A stretch of DNA of 11,826 bases from a bacterium (lineage in GTDB: Bacteria > Babelota > Babeliae > Babelales > RVW-14), in the NCBI GenBank assembly GCA_043822925.1, contig JBDRBF010000015.1, positions 1-11,826 of the forward strand, in the 5' to 3' direction. The translations under genes were made by a program, and so were the position numbers. This document shows positions 1-6,446 of this stretch, in pieces. The notes under the pieces were generated by a model that saw only the letters and a list, made by a program, of their open reading frames with translations, was not told the DNA's origin and ran no database searches. Each line of letters begins with the position of its first letter. Within the stretch, counting starts at the first letter, position 1.

Positions 1-1731
1 TGCACCAGCCATAGCCAAAATTAATTCTGTTTCAAGTTCTTCCTGACTTAATAGAGCTGTCCAGTCACTCAAGAACCCACAAGCAAGAATTTCAGGCAAA
101 TTAAACACACTTATATATAACGAAATAATTTCAGCACGCAGCTCTTCTATCGTATTTTCATATCCATCAAGCAACTCACAAATATTATTACTCGTTACAT
201 TAACCGTATCCCCAATACTATGTGTTTGCTTATCGCCAGCAGATATTGCTAAATTCTCACCTTCTTTAAACGTGTGCGTCGCCAACCGGCCACTGCCATG
301 CCCGATAGTCTCATGCAAAATACACTGCAAATCCCAAATATCGCGGGCAAGCTTACCATCTTGATCATGTTTTTTCAGCCAATCAGCTTTATCTTTTAAA
401 TAAAACAGCGCACGCGCAAGTTCTGGATCTTTCATCGCAGCCAGACCTTTAGTTGCTGGGTACATAATTTGCTTGGAACCATGTTGTGACCGTATTTCAG
501 AATAGTTTGGTAAACAATACGCAGCCGTAATAAACATAGGACCAAGCTCACCAACGCCCAAAATTTTTTCGTTAATAGAAGCATTAGGAATAGAATCGAT
601 TTTTTCTCTCTTAAATTCTTGAGCAAGAGGCATACGTTTTTCTAATTCTGGTAAAAGTTTATTTAAAATGCCAATATCGACGCTTCGTATTGTGACTTCG
701 GCCTGGAAAAAGCCACGTTGCGATTTAGGGTCGCTATAGGTCTCAATAAACCCAAAATTATAATCGATTTTGCTCGAGCTCTTAAGCCATTCAATAGAAT
801 GCTGTTTAAAATACTCTTCATCGCCAGATTCAAGATATTTAATTAAAAGCTCAAGACTCTTAATAATATGCTCATCAAAATTTTGCGTATATTTTTGCGC
901 ATGCTCAAGTGCTTTTTTAAGCCAATAGGCACTTACGCTTAATTCTTGACCATACTTGCCATCAACAGAATAAGCCATGCTTTTTGGCATACGCTGGCCG
1001 TTATGTTCAACATAAAAATAGGCATTTAATTTACTTTGGTCTTGTGCTGATATCTGGGCATAATCTTGTTCGGTAAAATCAGGTGCATAAATATTAACCG
1101 CACTATCAGCGATACTGCCTGGCACACATAGAGTTGTTTCTATTGCGTCATCAAAAAGCACCGGCGCTACGTGCAAAAACTTTTGTTGAGCATCAACAAA
1201 ACCTGTACTTTCAAGCACAGCCAGAATATTTTCTTGAGTTAATAGATCAAGACCCAATTTATTTGGCGTACGCTTTTCATTTGAATGCTCTCGCAAGAAA
1301 TATTGTCCGTGATTGGTCCAAAGATACACAAGAAACGTCTTTGCCTGTTCAAGAAATTTTGCGCTATCAATTTTACTCTCTACGTTTTTACTATCTATTA
1401 TAGATAGAGCACCCGCAATTTTGTCCTGATTGTTAATTATATGCTCAAAAATATCAGCAATTTCCAGCCCATGCCTGTGTAACTGGTCAGCCAAAATTCT
1501 ATTGCCCGGCAAACTTGCTCTAAATAAATAATACACAAACACCCGTTCTTGAGGCATTAGACTATTATATAACTGAGTCACATTTGTATTATATAGAACA
1601 GCAATTTCTTTAAAGTTTTCTATTTTTTCTGGCGCTTGAGCGAGCATCATGCTCTCCCCCTGTGATAAAACTGTTTGACATATACTTGCAATAAACACAC
1701 ATACACAAAAAATATGCATACTTGTTCTCAT
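1..1731 (-). CDS. Dipeptidyl-peptidase III (peptidase family M49, Zn metallopeptidase) with probable signal peptide; 3' end lies outside the window
   Basis: Manual translation of both ends in one frame. ATG at 1731 has AGGAG upstream and begins MRTSMHIFCVCVFIASICQTVLSQ...ERVFVYYLFRASLPGNRILADQ. The same frame has HETIGH (315-298, HExxGH zinc motif, followed by GSG) and EELRAE (147-130), the two M49 signatures. It is probably absent from the ORF track because it has no stop in the window; I did not check every middle codon. Confidence 0.92.
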   Translation of the reverse strand, partial: MRTSMHIFCVCVFIASICQTVLSQGESMMLAQAPEKIENFKEIAVLYNTNVTQLYNSLMPQERVFVYYLFRASLPGNRILADQLHRHGLEIADIFEHIINNQDKIAGALSIIDSKNVESKIDSAKFLEQAKTFLVYLWTNHGQYFLREHSNEKRTPNKLGLDLLTQENILAVLESTGFVDAQQKFLHVAPVLFDDAIETTLCVPGSIADSAVNIYAPDFTEQDYAQISAQDQSKLNAYFYVEHNGQRMPKSMAYSVDGKYGQELSVSAYWLKKALEHAQKYTQNFDEHIIKSLELLIKYLESGDEEYFKQHSIEWLKSSSKIDYNFGFIETYSDPKSQRGFFQAEVTIRSVDIGILNKLLPELEKRMPLAQEFKREKIDSIPNASINEKILGVGELGPMFITAAYCLPNYSEIRSQHGSKQIMYPATKGLAAMKDPELARALFYLKDKADWLKKHDQDGKLARDIWDLQCILHETIGHGSGRLATHTFKEGENLAISAGDKQTHSIGDTVNVTSNNICELLDGYENTIEELRAEIISLYISVFNLPEILACGFLSDWTALLSQEELETELILAMAGA

Positions 1732-1743
1732 TAAACTACTCCT

Positions 1744-1803
1744 ATAAATCTTGGCACTTTCTCTCCTGGGGTTAAAACCGCCATAAATCTTAGCACTTTC
1801 TCT
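1744..1803. repeat. 21-bp direct repeat pair (ATAAATCTTRGCACTTTCTCT) separated by 18 bp
   Basis: 1744-1764 and 1783-1803 differ at one position (G/A). An inverted copy of the core (AAAGTGCTAA) lies at 1843-1852. Confidence 0.85.
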
Positions 1804-1828
1804 TTTTCTGTTTTGAATATAGTCTTTT

Positions 1829-1837
1829 TGATATACT
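1829..1837 (+). promoter_or_regulatory. Putative extended -10 promoter (TGnTATACT) for the MNT-HEPN-ruvB unit
   Basis: TGATATACT at 1829-1837, about 40 nt upstream of ATG 1878. RBS-like GAGGGG at 1866-1871. Confidence 0.5.
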
Positions 1838-1877
1838 TTGTAAAAGTGCTAAAAAGTCTAATTTTGAGGGGACAAAT

Positions 1878-2228
1878 ATGAAAAAAAAGAAAATTGTGCA
1901 AAAAAAAAAGAACCCCACTCCAAAAAAAGTACAAAAAAATTTAGACAAAGAAATTATTATTTATTTACTTAAAGATAAAAAAGCTTAATTGAAACAGGAA
2001 TTTGGGGTAAAAAAGATCGCCCTTTTCGGCTCATATGCCAGAGATGAAGAAAGAAAAACAAGCGACATCGACATTGCCATTATAATGCCAGAAAAAAGCT
2101 TCACAAAAAGATTCTATCTCAGAGAATTTCTTGAAAAAAACTTCCATAGAAAAGTTGATGTTTGTTATCTAGATAGCATGAGAAAATTCATTCGAGACGA
2201 AATCGAAAAGGATTTAATGTATGCCTAA
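1878..2228 (+). pseudogene. Minimal nucleotidyltransferase (MNT/MntA-type antitoxin) interrupted by an in-frame TAA at 1986-1988; may still be expressed as a 79-aa protein from TTG 1989
   Basis: ATG 1878 with RBS reads MKKKKIVQKKKNPTPKKVQKNLDKEIIIYLLKDKKA*LKQEFGVKKIALFGSYARDEERKTSDIDI in a single frame. The GS-x10-DxD catalytic motif is intact downstream of the stop. The C-terminus LEKNFHRKVDV is typical of MNTs. Confidence 0.8.
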
Positions 2229-2685
2229 AAAACGACACGACATACTTCCCGTCATTGATGTTTTATTGGCCCTAGCAAAGATAAAACGCCACACCAACCT
2301 CATAAAAAGCGCCCTAGACTTAGCAGAAGATGAATCAACGTACGATGTTATGGTCACACAATTAGGTCTAATTGGAGAATCGATTAAAAAGATTTTAAAT
2401 TTTAAAGAATTCCAGGAAATTGCCAATCGAAAATGGAGAGTAATTGGCGATTTCAGAAATGTCCTTGCCCATAACTATTCTGGCATAGATCTTGAAGAAT
2501 TTTTTCACATTATAAAAATAGAAGTTCCTCTTTTTGAAAAAGAATTTTTTGATTTTGTGCGCAAAATTAAAAATCACCCCGATTTTCCAAAAGCTATCAA
2601 TGATGCAAAAATAGAATTAGAAAAATCAGGACAAAGAAAAAGTCTCCAATCTATCCCATTCATCGAAAAACTATTAAAACCATGA
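2221..2685 (+). CDS. HEPN (DUF86/HepT-like) RNase toxin of an MNT-HEPN toxin-antitoxin module
   Basis: R-x4-H-x-Y motif RNVLAHNY (2455-2478), IGES and W..IGDFRN segments. Start overlaps the end of the MNT gene by 8 bp. Confidence 0.88.
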   Translation: MPKKRHDILPVIDVLLALAKIKRHTNLIKSALDLAEDESTYDVMVTQLGLIGESIKKILNFKEFQEIANRKWRVIGDFRNVLAHNYSGIDLEEFFHIIKIEVPLFEKEFFDFVRKIKNHPDFPKAINDAKIELEKSGQRKSLQSIPFIEKLLKP

Positions 2686-3743
2686 ACCAAGAAATTCCAG
2701 AAATCCCAATAGAATTACTTGTCCAACAAGAAACAATCGAAGACAAATTATACTCGTTCGAACCAAAAAGTTTTGCCGAGTTTCTCGGCCAAGAAGAAAT
2801 TAAAAGCAAACTTAAAGTTTATGTACAAGCAGCCAAAATGCGTGGCGAGCCTCTGGACCATATATTACTTTTTGGGCCACCAGGCTTGGGCAAAACCACG
2901 CTTGCGCGTGTCATCACCCAAGAACTCGGCGTTCGTTTTAAAATAACCAGCGCACCAATTCTAGAACGTGCGGGCGACCTGGTTGCCATACTCTCAAGCT
3001 TAGAACATCGGGAAATTTTATTTATAGACGAAATACATAGGCTCCCCACAAACGTAGAAGAAATTTTATATAGCGCCATGGAAAATTATTGTGTCGACGT
3101 TATTATCGGCCAAGGGGCTGGCGCAAAATCGATCAGGCTCCCTCTCAACCCGTTCACGCTGGTTGGCGCAACGACCAAAACCTCTTTAATATCAGGCCCT
3201 CTACAGACCCGCTTTGGCATAGTCGAAAGACTCGATTTTTATAATCCTGAAGAACTTTCTTGTATCGTAAAGCAAAATTCAGCTTTTTTAGGCTACCCAA
3301 TCGAGCACGAAGCTGCGGTAATAATTGGGCAACGGGCACGCGGAACCCCCAGAATAGTGAAACGCATCTTACGCCGCATACGAGACTTTGCCCAAGTAAA
3401 CCAAAAAACTATTATAGACATAGAAACGGTAACCCAAGCGCTCAAATTACTCGATATAGACCAAGACGGCCTAACTAAACTCGATAGACGCATACTTATG
3501 CACATAATTAACGACTTTGACGGCGGACCAGTAGGCCTGGAAACTCTGGCTGCTATGACCGGCGAAGATAAAGATACTCTCGAAGAAGTGTGTGAACCGT
3601 ACCTGCTCCGACAAGGTTTTTTGCAAAAAACCTCTCGAGGCCGACAAATACCAGCAAAAAGATATCACTCGATATGTCGCAAATTAGGCCTAAAATTCAA
3701 CCAAATCGACGAACAAGAACCGCTCTTTAACAATAAAACCTGA
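2682..3743 (+). CDS. ruvB: Holliday junction branch migration ATPase RuvB
   Basis: Walker A GPPGLGKTT, Walker B LFIDEIHRL, plus GATT, RFGI, RGTPR, GGPVGLETLA, EPYL and SRGR motifs. ATGA overlap with the HEPN stop. Confidence 0.98.
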   Translation: MNQEIPEIPIELLVQQETIEDKLYSFEPKSFAEFLGQEEIKSKLKVYVQAAKMRGEPLDHILLFGPPGLGKTTLARVITQELGVRFKITSAPILERAGDLVAILSSLEHREILFIDEIHRLPTNVEEILYSAMENYCVDVIIGQGAGAKSIRLPLNPFTLVGATTKTSLISGPLQTRFGIVERLDFYNPEELSCIVKQNSAFLGYPIEHEAAVIIGQRARGTPRIVKRILRRIRDFAQVNQKTIIDIETVTQALKLLDIDQDGLTKLDRRILMHIINDFDGGPVGLETLAAMTGEDKDTLEEVCEPYLLRQGFLQKTSRGRQIPAKRYHSICRKLGLKFNQIDEQEPLFNNKT

Positions 3744-3789
3744 CTTTTTTATCAAATCTTTTATAATTATCTAATTATTTAGAAAAATA

Positions 3790-3962
3790 TATTGGCATCC
3801 TGCAGTGCGCGCCATACTTCGATAATAAGCTCATACATCGACAAGCTCAGTATGAGCACTCACCTTGCCTACCGCCATAGCCACGAAGGGCGACGGCTGG
3901 GAACCCTGAGTTTATCGAAAGGCCGAAGGGCCTGGGCAAACACAAAACGGGATCCAAGTCCA
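3790..3962. repeat. GC-rich cluster of nested palindromic (REP-like) elements
   Basis: Stems: ATCCTG 3797-3802 / CGGGAT 3948-3953; TTCGATAA 3818-3825 / TTATCGAA 3912-3919; GCTCATAC 3829-3836 / GTATGAGC 3850-3857; imperfect GCCATAGCC..GGCGACGGC 3874-3897; AGGCC-GAAG-GGCCT 3920-3933. Both ends match the element at 5266-5302. Confidence 0.7.
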
Positions 3963-3991
3963 ATTAACTTAATTAACTATGAAGGGTGATT

Positions 3992-5167
3992 ATGAAAAAA
4001 TCACAAATAATTTCAGTCGGTATGGCCATGTTTGCCATGCTCTTTGGCGCAGGCAACATTGTATTCCCCCTGGTACTCGGGCGTGATATGGGCGACATGC
4101 TCTGGTTCGGCCTATTTGGGTTTGCCATTACGGCAATTATTGTACCAATTCTTGGCCTTGTTTCAGTAATGCTCTGCGACGGACAATATGATCTATTTTT
4201 AGGCCGTCTTGGCAAAATTCCAGGAACTATAATTGCTATTATATGTATGATCGTTATCGGGCCTTTTGCTATCACACCCCGCTGCGTCGTCATTTCTCAT
4301 GCAGGAATTAAACCATATATGCCCCAATTCACGCTGCTCTACTTTAGTATATTTTGCGCAGCGCTTATTTATGCTTTTACCAGAAAACAAAACTCAGTCA
4401 TCGATATTATTGGCAAATTTTTGGCGCCATTAAAAATTATATTACTTATTACGCTTATTGTTGTTGGCTTTATGTTTCCGGCAGCTTTTCTTACCGTATC
4501 TATGTCCTCTGGACAAGGCTTTTTTACCGGTCTATTTACCGGATACAAAACAGCAGACCTGCTCGGCATCATATTTTTCTCTGCCCTAATTTTATCAGGC
4601 ATCAGAAAAAGCATGGCACATGCAGGACATATTGAACCAAAAACATTAGCTCTCAGAGGCTTTCAAGCAGGACTTATTGGCGCATCACTTCTTGGCTTTG
4701 TGTATAGCGGCTTTTGCGTTGTAGCTGCTTTTTATGGAGCAGAACTCGCAGGAGTCCAAGACGGTGACATCTTTAGTAAACTTGCAAGTTTGGTCTTGGG
4801 CAGTATTGGTGGCCTTATGGCAAACATCACCGTTGGGGTAGCCTGCTTAGTTACTGCTGTAGCCTTAACAACAGTATTTGCCGACTTTTTACAACGCATA
4901 ATACTCAAAGAAAAAATCAGTTACCACACGTGCTTGCTCATCACAATTGCAATTACAACCATCATGTCAAATCTGGGCTTTGCACGCATCATGCAAATTG
5001 CTGGACCGATTCTGGATATTTTATATCCAGGCCTCATTGTGCTTGCTATCGTGAACATCGCACACGTTCTGTTTGGGTTCAAATGGATCAAGACCCCGGT
5101 CTTTGCAACTTTTGCCATCACGCTTGTTATGCAATACTGGGATGCTATTCGAACCTTAATTAAATAA
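3992..5167 (+). CDS. brnQ: Branched-chain amino acid:cation symporter (LIVCS family, BrnQ)
   Basis: N-terminal signature GMAMFAMLFGAGNIVFP, GPFAITPR, DIIGKFLAP, ACLVTAV and LYP motifs, about 12 hydrophobic segments. ATG 3992 follows GAAGGGTG and is preferred over GTG 3986. Confidence 0.95.
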   Translation: MKKSQIISVGMAMFAMLFGAGNIVFPLVLGRDMGDMLWFGLFGFAITAIIVPILGLVSVMLCDGQYDLFLGRLGKIPGTIIAIICMIVIGPFAITPRCVVISHAGIKPYMPQFTLLYFSIFCAALIYAFTRKQNSVIDIIGKFLAPLKIILLITLIVVGFMFPAAFLTVSMSSGQGFFTGLFTGYKTADLLGIIFFSALILSGIRKSMAHAGHIEPKTLALRGFQAGLIGASLLGFVYSGFCVVAAFYGAELAGVQDGDIFSKLASLVLGSIGGLMANITVGVACLVTAVALTTVFADFLQRIILKEKISYHTCLLITIAITTIMSNLGFARIMQIAGPILDILYPGLIVLAIVNIAHVLFGFKWIKTPVFATFAITLVMQYWDAIRTLIK

Positions 5168-5181
5168 CGTACATACCAAAA

Positions 5182-5205
5182 AGCCTAGGGTTAAAACCCT
5201 AGGCT
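5182..5205. terminator. Perfect 10-bp hairpin after brnQ (terminator or REP-like palindrome)
   Basis: AGCCTAGGGT-TAAA-ACCCTAGGCT, 14 nt after the brnQ stop. No U-tract on the plus strand; a short one exists on the minus strand. Confidence 0.55.
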
Positions 5206-5265
5206 AATAAAAGCTTCGTGCTATTCAGCACGAGAAAATTACCCCAATACTCTTGTTTTCTCTAT

Positions 5266-5302
5266 TATTGTCATCCTGAGCTTGATTCAGGATCCAAGTC
5301 CA
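5266..5302. repeat. Short palindromic repeat element of the GTCATCCTGA-N-TCAGGATC type
   Basis: TATTGTCATCCTGAGCTTGATTCAGGATCCAAGTCCA with stem ATCCTGA/TCAGGAT. It shares the exact 13-mer GGATCCAAGTCCA with 3950-3962. Confidence 0.7.
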
Positions 5303-5430
5303 TACGTCCCTCCTCTTTCCCTAAACCCTTGTTTTTCACACCTCTTTTTGTCTACCATAAGATACTTAAATCAAACAATAAAACTTGTGCTCCAGAAAAC
5401 ACGTCTTATATTTTTACGGAGGGATCTGTT

Positions 5431-6261
5431 ATGAAGAAAATCATGTTACTATCTCTCGCGCTTATCTTCGGGCTCAATCACCACGCTTACGCCATGAAAG
5501 AAACAACAACAAACTACTATCAAACAAACACCGATCTAATAGGCTCCAAAATATCACTGGAAGACTTTGAAACAAGAGCGCTTGAAAAAGTCGAAACCAA
5601 ATCGCAAAACAAAATAGATCTTACACAAATAACCACAGAAAAAAATGCGCTACAATTACTCAAAAAAGAAGCTTTAACACTTAAAAACTTAGCCCAATCA
5701 ATTGAAAAAAATCAAAAGCGAATTAATACGTTAGAAGGTGGCACTGTATGGAATAAAATAACAGAATGTTACAATAGTAAACACGAACCTACAACAGAAG
5801 ATCTTGCTGAAAGATACGAACTAAAAAAACAAATCTTAAAAAAAAGAACCCTACTTACAAACTCACAATTAATTATTTTTGAATTACTTAAAAACAACTT
5901 AATACATGACGAAAAATTCAATAAAGAATTCAAAACACTCCGTAACTTACTCAAAGAAAATAATAAACGCGCAATCAGCGCTCAAAACGTCAGCACAGTA
6001 CTTTCATTCTCATTTGAGATTACTAAACTTATTCTAGAAGGCCTTGTCGACAAAAAAGTAAATCCCGCAAAAAATGCAGTAAAAATTTTGGCATTAGTAT
6101 TGGCCTCATCTGGCATAGTTCTTGGTATTGGGCAGCACTATCACTGGTGGGATGTCTCATACTTTCTGTATCAAAATTTTTCAAAAGTAGACATTGTAAA
6201 ATTAATAGGAAATATTATCGCATCTTACTATGGAGTAAGTGGCAAAGCTGACACGAAATAA
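5431..6261 (+). CDS. Paralog P1: secreted/membrane-anchored helical protein of unknown function (276 aa)
   Basis: ATG 5431 follows GGAGGG. Signal peptide MKKIMLLSLALIFGLNHHAYA, shared motif ITTEKNALQLLKKEA..LKNLAQSIEKNQKRI, TM ILALVLASSGIVLGIG then QHYHWW. The upstream GTG 5218 start was rejected. Confidence 0.88.
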   Translation: MKKIMLLSLALIFGLNHHAYAMKETTTNYYQTNTDLIGSKISLEDFETRALEKVETKSQNKIDLTQITTEKNALQLLKKEALTLKNLAQSIEKNQKRINTLEGGTVWNKITECYNSKHEPTTEDLAERYELKKQILKKRTLLTNSQLIIFELLKNNLIHDEKFNKEFKTLRNLLKENNKRAISAQNVSTVLSFSFEITKLILEGLVDKKVNPAKNAVKILALVLASSGIVLGIGQHYHWWDVSYFLYQNFSKVDIVKLIGNIIASYYGVSGKADTK

Positions 6262-6294
6262 CCGTCCAAAATCTTATCTTAAAATCTTACTCAT

Positions 6295-6337
6295 AGAGAG
6301 CGTATTTTTGCATAAAAAAACACGCTCTCTTTTTTTT
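6295..6337 (+). terminator. Rho-independent terminator after P1
   Basis: AGAGAGCGT (6295-6303) / ACGCTCTCT (6322-6330) stem followed by a run of 7 more T. Confidence 0.8.
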
Positions 6338-6369
6338 AATTTTAAAAACATTTTAAAATTTTTCGCTTC

Positions 6370-6416
6370 CTGATATCATGCATAAAATCTGTTGCAAATG
6401 GTGCACCAGAAAAAAT
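6370..6416 (+). promoter_or_regulatory. Putative promoter/leader block upstream of P2 (extended -10 TGaTATCAT plus palindrome TGGTGCACCA)
   Basis: 36 of 47 positions identical, ungapped, to 10317-10363 upstream of P6. Confidence 0.65.
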
Positions 6417-6446
6417 ATTTCTGACCTTATTTAATGGGAGTATGTA

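Noticed and set aside
432-1403. ORFs 432-626 (-) and 1134-1403 (+)
   Set aside because: Both lie inside the DPP III gene, in another frame or antisense, and have no recognisable motifs.
1744-1803. Possible mini-CRISPR (repeat-spacer-repeat)
   Set aside because: Only two 21-bp units with an 18-bp spacer, both shorter than typical, and no cas genes in the window.
1790-1852. CIRCE (HrcA operator), suggested by the TTAGCACT / AGTGCTAA half-sites
   Set aside because: The half-sites are about 45 bp apart rather than 9, and no chaperone genes are adjacent.
1986-1988. Stop-codon reassignment explaining the internal TAA
   Set aside because: TAA is the normal stop of most genes in the window (MNT end, brnQ, P1-P6).
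3744-3991. T-box or attenuator upstream of brnQ, and the 65-aa ORF at 3792-3989
   Set aside because: No T-box GGTGGnACCGCG, no terminator with a U-tract and no Leu/Ile/Val-rich leader peptide. The ORF is a read-through of palindromic repeats.
5218-5430. 71-aa N-terminal extension of P1 from GTG 5218 in the ORF track
   Set aside because: It runs through a palindromic repeat and the promoter region. The RBS and signal peptide point to ATG 5431.
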